From Sedimentisphaerales bacterium (GTDB lineage: Bacteria > Planctomycetota > Phycisphaerae > Sedimentisphaerales > Anaerobacaceae): 64,000 nucleotides of DNA. The position numbers were made by a program, and so were the translations under genes. The notes below the pieces were generated by a model, which worked only from the letters and a program-made list of their open reading frames with translations, was not told where the DNA came from and ran no database searches. Location of the stretch: NCBI GenBank assembly GCA_963708075.1, contig OY970194.1, positions 5,216,001 through 5,280,000 of the forward strand. Direction: 5' to 3'. Within the stretch, counting starts at the first letter, position 1. Each line of letters begins with the position of its first letter. Shown here piece by piece: positions 39,923 through 50,080 of this stretch.

Positions 39923-41074
39923 ATGAAGTGTACATGGATTGCCATCGCCCTGGCATGTGTCTTGAGCAGCCCGTTGTTTGCGCAAGAGCCGATGCCCTGC
40001 GTGGACGTGGTGCTCATCGTCGACGAAACCTGCAGCATGCAGCCCCAGGAGGCGTACTACAACTGGCTGGCGACCACGGTCGCGGCGCTCCAGTCGGACT
40101 ACCAGGCTGCCGGTGTGGGCAACAGCCCGGGTTATCCTAACAGGTACATTCTGGTGGGGTTTGGATCCTCCATTCATGGGGCCGGGCCGTGGGCTCATTT
40201 TCATGGCGGCTGGATGGATGCTCCATCCATGGTGACGAACATCAACACGACGCTCGCCGCTTGCGGGTGCAACGGGGATGGCTACCAGGCCATCGAGAAC
40301 GCCTTGACCCAGCTCACCTTCCGCAGGGGCGCGTTCAGGGCCATCATCCTCCTGACCAAGGAGGATCGGTACGTTCTCGATCCCGTGACCCGGCAGGACA
40401 TTCTCAAGATGCTCGGGGGCAAGGCCAACGCTGCCAGGAGCCAGGAGGCCACCCTTAACGGAGTGGTCAACGCCTTCTTTGAGACAGGCAAACCAGACCA
40501 GGATCTGGCCGACGTGCTGGGTGTCAACTGGGACGGCACCGCCTATATCCCCGCCGGCGGGGACAAGTACTATGTGGTTCCCGGCGGCTACTTCGACTTC
40601 GGCGACGGGAACACCAAGATGGACTATGTGGAGCTGTGCTGGCTGGATCGGGGCTCGGCCTGGAATATCTGGCAGATCTGGTGGAATGGCCCTGCACTGA
40701 CGGATGCCCTTACCGACGTGAAGGTCGGGGAGCTCAAGCCGGTCGTCGAGACGAACGGTGCTGAGCCCCATGCGACCTGGTTTCGGGGTTTGGCAAACTG
40801 CCAGTACGATGGCGGTCAACTCTGCTGGTTCTGGTTCGAGTACCGCGAGGCCGGCTCTCTGAGCTGGAAGAGGTCCGTCGAATGGTTCCCCACGTTTACG
40901 GGGGACTGGTTTACAGACGAGATCAGAGACCTGAAGCCGGACACCGATTATCTCATCCGTGCCTGGGTGAGGAATTCGGTGATGTCTGCCGTGGGCGCGG
41001 CTTGGACAGTCCGGACCCTGCCCGCAGGCACTCCCGATCCTGCCCCACGGAAGAACGGCTGGAACAACGGGTAG
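39923..41074 (+). CDS. Secreted vWA-like + FN3-like protein
   Basis: Signal peptide; DVVLIVDETCSM, NRYILVGFG, DGYQAI; LKPDTDYLIRAWVRN. Confidence 0.7.
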   Translation: MKCTWIAIALACVLSSPLFAQEPMPCVDVVLIVDETCSMQPQEAYYNWLATTVAALQSDYQAAGVGNSPGYPNRYILVGFGSSIHGAGPWAHFHGGWMDAPSMVTNINTTLAACGCNGDGYQAIENALTQLTFRRGAFRAIILLTKEDRYVLDPVTRQDILKMLGGKANAARSQEATLNGVVNAFFETGKPDQDLADVLGVNWDGTAYIPAGGDKYYVVPGGYFDFGDGNTKMDYVELCWLDRGSAWNIWQIWWNGPALTDALTDVKVGELKPVVETNGAEPHATWFRGLANCQYDGGQLCWFWFEYREAGSLSWKRSVEWFPTFTGDWFTDEIRDLKPDTDYLIRAWVRNSVMSAVGAAWTVRTLPAGTPDPAPRKNGWNNG

Positions 41075-41105
41075 AGTCCGGCGGTCCGCACTTTCCGCTT
41101 GAAAC

Positions 41106-42652
41106 GGGTGCGGTCGGCCTTCGGTGGCGGATTCGGATTCCAGCCGACACAAGAGCGCAGCCCAGTCTTCTTTCGCCCCTACAGGGCTTTGAGATAGGAT
41201 TGACTATCGTACCCACCGTTGAAACGGTGGGCTAAGTAGGTAGCCAAAAGTTTTCACAGGAACGATTCTCTTCGCGTGTATGATGGGGTACATGCGAAGA
41301 ACGAAGAGCGCCTCAGAACGTGGTTTCGATCGATATGATAAACATCGTCTTACGCGGGCCTTACAGGGGGTCGCTGACATTCGCACCTACCGGCGTATCG
41401 GAGCGATCCTGTTGGTGGCCCAGGGTCGGACGGTTCCGGAAGCAGCGCAGATCACCGGGACCCGGCCGTGGAGCGTCTATCGCTGGGTGCGGGCCTATCT
41501 GCACACCCATTGTCCAGACCGCCTGCAGGACGCACCGCGTTCCGGACGGCCTCCGGTCGCCACGCCGATCACGGACGCCCGTCTGGTACGCGAGTTCCGC
41601 CGGGACCCGATGCGTTTGGGCTATCGCGCCACGGGTTGGACGGTGTCCTTGCTGGCAGATCACCTCCAGCAAAGGTACGGGTGTGCAATCTCGCCTCGTA
41701 CCCTGCGGCGGCGGATGCGGGACTTGGATCTGCGGTGGAAACGTCCCCGGTATGTCTATGCGACCAAGGACCCGAACCGAGCCCAGAAAAAGGGGGCCTG
41801 GTTCGCCGCCTGAAACGGATGCCGGCGCGGGCGGTGCTGTTGTTTTCGGATGCGACCATCCTCCGCTGGTTTCCGCCCTTGCGCTATGTGTGGGCGTTTC
41901 GCGGCGAACAGGCGCAGGTCAAGATCACGGGGCAAAACGACAAACGGGTTCTGTTCGGCACGATCAATCCACGAACCGGACACCGGGTGGTCCTGCGTCG
42001 GCCCCGCCAGCGGCAAGAGGACTTTCAAGCCTTCCTGCGGGAGTTGCGGCGACGGTATCCCGGACGCCCGATTTGGCTGTTGCTGGACAAGGCCTCTTTT
42101 CATCAGGCGATCAAAAGCCAACGACTGGCCACCCACTTGGAGGTGACCCTCTTGTGGTTGCCGAAGCAGTGCCCGGAACTGAACTCTCAGGATCATCTCT
42201 GGAAGGAGTTGAAACGGTTGATTGCGGCCAATCGCCAGTTCCAAACGATTGATGATGAGGCGGCCTACGCGGAACAGTGGCTCTTGGGACTAACTGCGAC
42301 CCAGGGCCTCCGCAAAGCCGGTGTCTTGTCGGCGGATTTCTGGCTCAAGGCTTTTGTGTGAAGACTTTTGGCTACCTACTTAGTGTCGATCGCCCCCGTG
42401 GGGCGGACGGGCCGACGCAAGAGCACTGGGGCGCAGTCCAGGCTCGAAGGGCGATAGAGAATAGCTGCAACGCCTGCGGGATGGTCATCGACCCGTCCGG
42501 GCGCAGTTCAAGCCCGCAGGGCGATAGAGAATAGCCCAGCGATTGATCGCTGGGGAACCGGGGCCGAGGACAAAAGCCAATCCCGTAAGGGACGAAAGAG
42601 GCACAGTCCGCACACGGCGGCTACACGCCGCCACCGAATTCCGACCACACCC
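41106..42652. mobile_element. MITE-like element, copy 2 (inverted relative to copy 1), interrupted by IS630
   Basis: Same ends and interior as 1563-2030; 8-bp direct repeat CTTGAAAC at 41098-41105 and 42653-42660. Confidence 0.85.
41233..42382 (+). mobile_element. IS630-family element, copy 2
   Basis: Same IRs and length as copy 1; ORFs 41280-41813 and ..42361; inserted at the CTAG seen intact at 1901-1904. Confidence 0.95.
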
Positions 42653-42890
42653 CTTGAAACTGGCGGAGGGAATGGAAGGGTTGGAAGCTCGGCTTCCAGC
42701 CCTTCCTTACGGATGACACCGAAGATCTGAGCTCGCGCACTGATTCCCTCGTCCGCGCCCGGGTGATGAACTCAGTCATATCCGCCGTGGATGCGGCCTG
42801 GACAGTCCGGACCCTCCCCAATCCTGCCGTGCGTCCCGCGTCGAATTTTCCGCAGGCAGGTGGTTGACGTGGGGGCAGCAGCGGGACACT

Positions 42891-43397
42891 ATGGCCGGCA
42901 TGACGAATGAGAAGGGCAAAACGCCCAGTGAAAGTGCCGTGGAGACGCGGTACCTCGTGATGCCGCAGCAGGCGAATCCGCAGGGGACTGCCTTCGGCGG
43001 GGCCATCGTCGGGTGGATCGACATGGTGGCGGCGATGGCCGGACAGCGCCATTGCGGCACCGAGGTCGTGACGGCGGGCATTGACTCGCTGGTCTTTCGC
43101 CACCCCATCCGCATCGGCGACCACGTCGTCCTCAAGGCGGCCGTCACCTACGTCAGCCGGTCCTCCATGGAGGTCGCCGTCCAGGTCATCCGCGACGACC
43201 CCTACAGCGGCGAGCAGATCGTCGCCACGACGGCCCACCTGACCCTCGTCGCCCTCGATGAGCACAAAAAACCCATCCCCGCTCCGCCCCTGCTGCCACA
43301 AACACCCCAGGAGAAGGCCCGCTACGAGAGCGCGCGTCTGCGCATGCAGGCCCGCAAGGAGCGCCTCCAAGCCGCTGACCAAGAGCCGCAAATGTGA
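42891..43397 (+). CDS. Acyl-CoA thioesterase (hotdog fold)
   Basis: VMPQQANPQGTAFGG..WIDMVA, VVTAGID, SSMEV. Confidence 0.92.
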   Translation: MAGMTNEKGKTPSESAVETRYLVMPQQANPQGTAFGGAIVGWIDMVAAMAGQRHCGTEVVTAGIDSLVFRHPIRIGDHVVLKAAVTYVSRSSMEVAVQVIRDDPYSGEQIVATTAHLTLVALDEHKKPIPAPPLLPQTPQEKARYESARLRMQARKERLQAADQEPQM

Positions 43398-43414
43398 CAA
43401 CACGGGAGATCACG

Positions 43415-44668
43415 ATGAGAAGTCCCATGGTGTTATTGCTGTTTATGATGCTGCCGGGCGGGGAACCGGCCGGGGCGAAGCAGTACTTCGTTTCGATCCC
43501 GCCGGCGGGAGGAGCCAAGTACAAGGAGGCCAACTACGCGATCTGGATTCCGGACGGGGCGGCGAAGCTGCGGGGCGTGATCATGCACCAGCACGGCTGC
43601 GGCGAGCCGGCGGAGCTGGCGGGCGCGACAGCCACCTTCGACCTGCAGTGGCAGGCCTTGGCCGGAAAGTGGGATTGCGCGTTGATGGGCGCGAGCCTGC
43701 GGGCCAACACCGCCTGCCAGGACTGGTCCGAGCCGAACAACGGCTCGGGCGATGCGTTTCCGCGAGCACTTGAGCAGTTCGCACAGCAAAGCGGGCACGC
43801 GGAACTGACAAGCGTGCCGTGGGTCCTCTGGGGCCATTCCGGCGGGGCGAACTGGGTCTATCGCATGTTCATGCGTCACCCACAGCGAGTCCTCGTGCTG
43901 GTGCTGCGCTCGGGCCCGGTGTTCAGCGACGACGTGTTCACAGGCTCGCTGGACACGCCCGTGCTCCACAACCTCGGCGTGAAAGAGAAGGGGGACAAGC
44001 AGTTCGGACGGATCTGGGACAAGGCCCGACAGTTGTTCGAAGTACGCAGAGCAAAAGGCGGTTTGGACACGTGGGCCCCCGACCCGGAGTCTTCGCACGA
44101 TTGCCGCTTTGGAAGGCTGTTCGTGATCCCGTACATCGACGCCTGCCTGGCCCAGCGCTTGGGCAAGGCGGAGGCGGCCCAACCATGGGTCGGCAACATC
44201 GGGACCTTCGCCGTCAGTCCGGCCGAGCAGTATGGCGGCGACCGCACCAAAACTGCCTGGCTGCCCAATGAGCAGATCGCGTCCTGCTGGACCGAGTTTA
44301 TGACGACCGGCTGGGTCACGGACAGGACCCCGCCGCCGCCGCCGAGCTTCATTGCAGGGTCGCTGACTGACGCAGGGGACATCCTGCTGCAATGGCGCGC
44401 CGAGGCCGATCTCGAAAGCGGGATCAAGACCTTCCGTATCTACAGGAACGGCCAACTGCTCCCACCATACAAGTGCGCAGCTGGGGAACTCTTCCAGAAA
44501 CCCAACTATCATGACACACTGGACAAACCCCTGAACGAAATGACCTACACCGACCCTAATGTCCCTCGAGGCGCCAGGTATTACTACCACGTGACCACAG
44601 TGAACTGGTCCAACCTGGAATCATCAAAGCATGCTCTCTCGGTGATGGACTTCGGCGGTGATCCGTGA
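43415..44668 (+). CDS. Secreted alpha/beta-hydrolase-fold protein with FN3-like tail
   Basis: HQHGCG, WGHSGG nucleophile elbow, SSHDC; DLESGIKTFRIYRNG. Confidence 0.75.
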   Translation: MRSPMVLLLFMMLPGGEPAGAKQYFVSIPPAGGAKYKEANYAIWIPDGAAKLRGVIMHQHGCGEPAELAGATATFDLQWQALAGKWDCALMGASLRANTACQDWSEPNNGSGDAFPRALEQFAQQSGHAELTSVPWVLWGHSGGANWVYRMFMRHPQRVLVLVLRSGPVFSDDVFTGSLDTPVLHNLGVKEKGDKQFGRIWDKARQLFEVRRAKGGLDTWAPDPESSHDCRFGRLFVIPYIDACLAQRLGKAEAAQPWVGNIGTFAVSPAEQYGGDRTKTAWLPNEQIASCWTEFMTTGWVTDRTPPPPPSFIAGSLTDAGDILLQWRAEADLESGIKTFRIYRNGQLLPPYKCAAGELFQKPNYHDTLDKPLNEMTYTDPNVPRGARYYYHVTTVNWSNLESSKHALSVMDFGGDP

Positions 44669-44691
44669 GCAGGCCGCCGGCGCAACGTTCA

Positions 44692-44834
44692 CCATCGGCA
44701 CGCCTGCGCTCGCCGCTGCCACCCAGCATTTATCGTTGACCGCACAGCGGGTACCGGGTGCCATGCTTACGCTTGCGTAAGCATGTGGCCACAATATGAG
44801 AAGGCATGTCTACGCGAGCGTAGACATGGCACCC
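44692..44834. repeat. Family A arm plus family B doublet
   Basis: ..GCCGCTGCCACCC; GGGTGCCATGCTTACGCTTGCGTAAGCATG..CATGGCACCC. Confidence 0.78.
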
Positions 44835-44852
44835 CGCATCATGAGGTCTGCC

Positions 44853-47800
44853 TTATCGGTCCGCGTGGGTATGCGCGTCGCTGTGCTTGTGGGCGGACGC
44901 AACGTCGCGGATCTCCGGCCCGTGCGCAGCGGCGTGCTTCTGGCGAAGCAGGTCTCGCTTCTGATAGCATTGCTCTCGGAAGACAGCGATCTCAGCGGCG
45001 AGGTTCGCGTTGGGCGAGTCCCCGAAGAACGCATGCACGATTGGGAAGACCAGGTCGGGTTTGGTCTTTCGGAACTCCTTGACCATAGCCTCGATCTTGG
45101 CCGTCGCGACGCCTTCCTGCATACAGGTGAACGGCCCGACGTGGAAGATGCCGGAGATGCAGGCGTCGCCGTGCGGGTGAATCATGTCGTGCATGAGGTA
45201 ATACGCGATGCCCGTGCTCAGCGGCGATTCGCCCTCGATGTTGCCGTGCGTCTCATGGTTGCGTTCGAGGGTCTCGATGATCTCCATCGGGTGCGGCAGC
45301 ACGTGGCGGCCGGCAAGAACCTCGTGGAACGGCTCCGCGATCTTCTCGGCGACGCTCGCCATGTACTTGCGCTTGATCATCGAGCGGATCACCTTGCCCG
45401 TGCAGCGCAGGGCCCGCCCCCAATTCCGCTCCTGCAGGCCCAGGCTCGTGTCGCGCTTCGCGTTGCGCAGGTTCATCCGGTTCACGTAGAGCAGCCAGTC
45501 GGTAATCGTATCGCGGACGACCTCCAGTCCCCGGTCCTCGAGTTGGCGGATCACGTGGTCCGTGTAAGGGTCGTGCTGGCGCATGTAGATTTCGCCGATG
45601 TAGAGCACCAGCGGGAATCGCTCCTGCCGGCGGAGCTTGGCGGCCTTGAATTGTGCGACCGTCTCGCGGCCCCAGCGAATCAACTCGTCCATTTTGGCGC
45701 CGGCGGCGGTGATGTGGCCGAGGAGCTCCAGCCGGGCCTGCTTGAGGGTGTCCATCGCGGCCTTATCCTCGGCGTACGGCCGGAACCGGCGCAGCGTGTC
45801 CTCCAGCAGGTCCGCCGCATTGATCCCTTTGAACAGCAACTGCTGCATCTTGACCTTGGCCGACGCCCGTGACCCGCTGGGCAGCGGAATGTCGACGTAA
45901 TCCGTCTCTGAGGACGGTCCCACCACCGGGATCTTTTCCAGCCCTTCGAGCTTCATGAAGTGCTGCACGACCTCCGAGTACTTCCCGAACCGGCACGGGC
46001 CGCTGGTCGTGGGCAGCATGACAAGGTAATTGTCCTCGACGAACTGGCGGCCGGCCTTCTCGATCTGCTCCTGGAGAAAACCGATGGCGTCGCCGACCAC
46101 GCCCTTGAGGGGGTAGCAGACCTCGGTGTACACGTGCTTGCGTGCGACCTCGTAGCCTCGCGGCGTGTTGGTCGGCAGCACCTGGCCGTTGATGCCGAAG
46201 TACCGCAGGCCCGCGGCCGCCACGTGGCTGGCGTCGCCCATGTACGGGATCAACCACACACGTTTGTCGTACGTGTCCGCCGAGTGGATCTTGAGCTTCT
46301 CGATATCCAGCGGCACGGGTTTCGTCTGGTTGACGACCCGCTCATGCGCCTCGGTCCGCGTCACGAACGGGGCGTTGTTCGTCTGGGCGTCGGTGAGCAG
46401 GACGAGCAGGGGCTTGTTCGCCGCCTGCTGAATCTGCTCTTCCATGTAGATCTTCAGGCTGTCCGGCCCGCAGGCGAAGTTCACCATGCGGATCCCGAAG
46501 AGATTCGGATGGTTGGCGACGAACATGCCCGCCTGGAGAATCCGGACGCTCTCGACCCAGAACTCATTCTCCACGAACTCGCCGAGGGGCAGTCCCATGA
46601 ACCGGTGCTCCAGGAAGACCTGGGGCAGATAGTCGAGCCCGCGGACCTGGGAGAACATGGCCCCGGAGCTGGAGCTGGCCTCCGGATCGAGCACGACGTA
46701 GTCCCTCCCGATCCCGACGTAGGCGGGCGCGCCGTCACGCTCGACGCGTTCGAGGAACCTGTCACCCTCGGCGTAGAGCTCCGCCTGGAACTGCTTCTCC
46801 GCCTCGTCCGCGTGCGCGATCGCCTCGCGCATCTGTTTATCGGAGTACTGGAAGCCGACCCTGGCGAACTCGCGGCGGATCTCGCGGACCATCAGGGGCA
46901 GATCCCCGAAGTGGATGACCGGGTTGAACTGGCGGTTCTTGTCCAGCGAGAGCACGTCGTTGAGGACGTAGCCTTCCGACTCCGTATAGATGCAGTACTT
47001 CAGGTCGGGCGGCTCGGGCTTTCGCTGCTCGATGAAGCTCGGATTGAACAGGTACTGGACGGCCGGATGATTGTTCAGGACCGCCGCGTGGCCCGTGGCA
47101 AGCTTGCGGGCGATGCAGAACTCGGTCCGCGAGTTGTCCACGCCGATCTTGGCAATGTCCTTGTCACTGCGAGGTGACACGACGGGGAAGAACCCGAGCT
47201 TGCGGAACAGGGCCGCGCTCCAGATGCCCTTATGGCCAAGCGTCGTCATGCTGCGTTTGATCCCGACCGTCGGGCCATCGGCCTGGACCGACTCGACCTC
47301 GCTGAGCAGGCAGCCCTGCTTCTTGAAGTGCTCCTCGTAGATCTTGTGGTAGCGGTCCACGTAGTTGATCCGAGGCCGGCGGGCCGACTCGGAGTTGCCG
47401 CGCGGACAGAATCCGCCGGTGATGATCTCGTCGCTCTCGATTTTGAAAACTTCGAGCTGGCAGTCGCGAATGCCGCAGGAATTCTCACCGAACAGCTCGC
47501 GGCAGAGGACCTTTCGTTTCTGGAAGGGCATGTCCACGATCTCCCAGCCGCGAAAGGCGGTTCCCACCGTCTTGCCCTGCTTCTCAAGCTGTTGGATGTG
47601 CTCGATGATATCGAGTCCCTGGCCCCAGGCGCCGAACATTTCGCGATGCGGATAGGCCTCGATCTCCCTCTCCGTGACCTGGGCAAGCGCGGCGAGGAAG
47701 GCCTTGCCCAGCGCCGGGCCGCCCTGCGCGGAGCACTTATTGCCGACGTGCTGGGCGCCGCCGACGAATTTGTAGTAGTAGCTGGCCGCGGTGCCGCGGA

Positions 47801-49532
47801 GGATGGCGGCGGCGATCTCGTCGCGGCTGAAGCCCTCGGCGATGAGCCGGTTCTCGTCCATCTCCATGAACACGCCGCAGGTCGAGTCGATGATCGGGAC
47901 GCGCTGCGCCCGCAGTGCCGCCTCCTGGAGGGTGTTCTCGACGTCCAGGTTGATCACGTCGGCCATGTTTTCCAGGGTCTGGCCCGAGCCGGCCTGGCAG
48001 CTATAGTTCATCTTCGCTTCTTTGACGGTGCCGTCGCGGCCGAAGCTCGTGAACTTCATGTCCTGCCCGCCGATCTCGAAGATCGTGTCGATGCCCGGAT
48101 TGTTGTGCTTGACGCCGAGGGCGTGACAGGTGATCTCGTCGGTGATTCGATCGCACAGCGTCACACCCTGCTCGCCGAGCTGTTTGGCCTTGCTCTTGCT
48201 GAGCAGGACCTTCTCATAGAGCTTTCGGGCTGAGCCGGTGGCGCCGACGCCCCGGATGATGACGTTGTCCTTATGCCTGGCAAGGTACCGCAGGACGCGC
48301 TTGAGGGATTCCTCCGGGTTGCCGTGGGTCTTGATGTAGAGCTTGTCGAGGAGCCGGCCGGTCTTGATGTCGACGAGCGCGCCTTTGGTCGTGGTGCTGC
48401 CGCCGTCGATGCCGAGGACGACCTCGGTCCCGGGTGGGATCGTCTCGTGCAGGGCCTCGCTGCTCTCGCGGACGGTCTTGAGACTCGCGGACAGGGGCGG
48501 GGCGAAGGAGCGTTTCTCCCGGCTGTACTGGGCAACGTGCTGGAGCTGGGCGAGATCGAAGACGAACGTGTTGTTCTCCTCGATGGCCTTGAGCGCCGCG
48601 CCGACGGCGGCGATATTGTGGTACTGCTCCGGCCGCGTCACGGGAATCTTCAGAAGCTGCGAAAGGTTCTCGCGGACAAGGTCATTGGAGAACACCCCGC
48701 CCGTGGCGATGGCCTGCTCGCCCTGGCCCAGGGTCGATGCGAGGTCACGCGCGCCGAGCACATCGATGATGTAGTTGCGGGGGACCGTGCGAAACAGGCC
48801 CGCCAGGTTATCGACACGTGTCGCGCCCTCGTTCTGCTTGTGGATGAGGTCGGACTGGACGACGACGCCGCAACGGGCGAGGAACTCGCTTGGTTCGCGG
48901 GACCGCACGGCTTCCTCCTCGGCCCGCCGGAACATCTCTTCCACCCGCTCCTGAAGCCTCGCGCAGTTGCGCATGGCGATCACGTCTCTCTCCTGCTCGC
49001 TGGTCGTCGCACCCGTGTCGTCGAGCTCGGGGCTGGGAACGTCGCCCTGAAAGAGCCGTCGGCACTGCTTCTCGACGAGCATGCCGGAGCCGCCGCCGCA
49101 CTTGGTGCCCGTGCGCCATTCGCGAATGATCTTCTTGCCCTCGACCACGGCCAGGCTGAAGAAGTAGGAGTCCTTGGCGCCGATATGGAAGATGTATTGG
49201 GCTTCCGGAGCGACGATCTCGGCTCCTCGGGGCACGGCAACGCTGTCAAAGACAAAGATGGCGCCCGTCATGACACGTGGGAACGGCTGGGCGGCGCTGC
49301 CGGTGAACGCCGTGCTGCGGATCGCGTCACGGCCGAACCGCTCCACGAGGTCCCGCCAGACCTCTGTCAACACCCCAAGCGGATTCGCAAAGTGCATGAT
49401 CGGCGCCGGCGAATACGCGATGGATTTGTCCGCGTGCAGCGCTACACAATGCACGAAGCTGCTGCCGATGTCGATCCCTACATACAGGTGTGATTTGGCC
49501 TTCTGAGGCCCCGGTTGTTTATTTGCTGCCAT
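44853..49532 (-). CDS. Fused acyl-CoA dehydratase activase (two ASKHA ATPase domains) with 2-hydroxyacyl-CoA dehydratase-like domains
   Basis: GIDIGSS and GIDGGSTTTK, EIGGQDMK, MNYSCQAGSG, NFACGPDS, GPCRFGKY, IGEIYMR, GPFTCMQ. Confidence 0.88.
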   Translation of the reverse strand: MAANKQPGPQKAKSHLYVGIDIGSSFVHCVALHADKSIAYSPAPIMHFANPLGVLTEVWRDLVERFGRDAIRSTAFTGSAAQPFPRVMTGAIFVFDSVAVPRGAEIVAPEAQYIFHIGAKDSYFFSLAVVEGKKIIREWRTGTKCGGGSGMLVEKQCRRLFQGDVPSPELDDTGATTSEQERDVIAMRNCARLQERVEEMFRRAEEEAVRSREPSEFLARCGVVVQSDLIHKQNEGATRVDNLAGLFRTVPRNYIIDVLGARDLASTLGQGEQAIATGGVFSNDLVRENLSQLLKIPVTRPEQYHNIAAVGAALKAIEENNTFVFDLAQLQHVAQYSREKRSFAPPLSASLKTVRESSEALHETIPPGTEVVLGIDGGSTTTKGALVDIKTGRLLDKLYIKTHGNPEESLKRVLRYLARHKDNVIIRGVGATGSARKLYEKVLLSKSKAKQLGEQGVTLCDRITDEITCHALGVKHNNPGIDTIFEIGGQDMKFTSFGRDGTVKEAKMNYSCQAGSGQTLENMADVINLDVENTLQEAALRAQRVPIIDSTCGVFMEMDENRLIAEGFSRDEIAAAILRGTAASYYYKFVGGAQHVGNKCSAQGGPALGKAFLAALAQVTEREIEAYPHREMFGAWGQGLDIIEHIQQLEKQGKTVGTAFRGWEIVDMPFQKRKVLCRELFGENSCGIRDCQLEVFKIESDEIITGGFCPRGNSESARRPRINYVDRYHKIYEEHFKKQGCLLSEVESVQADGPTVGIKRSMTTLGHKGIWSAALFRKLGFFPVVSPRSDKDIAKIGVDNSRTEFCIARKLATGHAAVLNNHPAVQYLFNPSFIEQRKPEPPDLKYCIYTESEGYVLNDVLSLDKNRQFNPVIHFGDLPLMVREIRREFARVGFQYSDKQMREAIAHADEAEKQFQAELYAEGDRFLERVERDGAPAYVGIGRDYVVLDPEASSSSGAMFSQVRGLDYLPQVFLEHRFMGLPLGEFVENEFWVESVRILQAGMFVANHPNLFGIRMVNFACGPDSLKIYMEEQIQQAANKPLLVLLTDAQTNNAPFVTRTEAHERVVNQTKPVPLDIEKLKIHSADTYDKRVWLIPYMGDASHVAAAGLRYFGINGQVLPTNTPRGYEVARKHVYTEVCYPLKGVVGDAIGFLQEQIEKAGRQFVEDNYLVMLPTTSGPCRFGKYSEVVQHFMKLEGLEKIPVVGPSSETDYVDIPLPSGSRASAKVKMQQLLFKGINAADLLEDTLRRFRPYAEDKAAMDTLKQARLELLGHITAAGAKMDELIRWGRETVAQFKAAKLRRQERFPLVLYIGEIYMRQHDPYTDHVIRQLEDRGLEVVRDTITDWLLYVNRMNLRNAKRDTSLGLQERNWGRALRCTGKVIRSMIKRKYMASVAEKIAEPFHEVLAGRHVLPHPMEIIETLERNHETHGNIEGESPLSTGIAYYLMHDMIHPHGDACISGIFHVGPFTCMQEGVATAKIEAMVKEFRKTKPDLVFPIVHAFFGDSPNANLAAEIAVFREQCYQKRDLLRQKHAAAHGPEIRDVASAHKHSDAHTHADR

Positions 49533-49599
49533 GTCTCAAAACCCGTCCGAACTCTGACTGCGCATGCCGGCCGGCGAGCCCCCTTCTGGCGGCCGCGCC

Positions 49600-50010
49600 G
49601 CAATGCGCATAACCTGTTACTTGTGCTCCACGTTGCTGTGAGAAACCAAGTGACAGACCATCGTTCATACAGAACCGGCGTTACATTGTCAAGGATCGTC
49701 ACAGCGCCCCGCACAAGTTTTCCACAGCGGCCGGCTCGCCATCCTGCGCGTATCATCTTGTCTGTTCTGGAGTTAGACAACGCAGGCGCTCAGAGCTAAC
49801 AGTTTCACGCTGCATAATACCAATACTACTACCTTTGAAAGCCTGAGTATTATAGAATCCATCTGCGATCTATCACAGGCATGACGCCGGCTGTCTCTCG
49901 GGTGACAGAGAGGGGTTGGCCGCCACGAAAGATAGTGGCAGACAGAGTGCCCCTTTGAGTGGTTTTTTCGTGGAAAGGGGTTGTCTTGCGGGCCATCGGT
50001 GTGTAGACTT
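49600..50010. other. Candidate replication origin (oriC)
   Basis: Intergenic, upstream of dnaN; TTTTCCACA at 49718-49726, degenerate boxes at 49604 and 49637, trio-like ATAATACCAATACTACTA at 49814-49831 in an AT-rich patch. Confidence 0.45.
49664..49692 (-). promoter_or_regulatory. sigma70-type promoter for the activase gene
   Basis: Minus strand TTGACA-N17-TATGAA. Confidence 0.45.
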
Positions 50011-50080
50011 GCCAAGTGGTCCGCAGTCTGGTAAGGCGGCAAGGATGAAATGGTGGGGCATAAGAAAATAGAGGTACAGG

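Noticed and set aside
41787..41796. IS630 frameshift as an assembly error
   Set aside because: A5G5 is identical in both copies, and split ORFs are typical of IS630.
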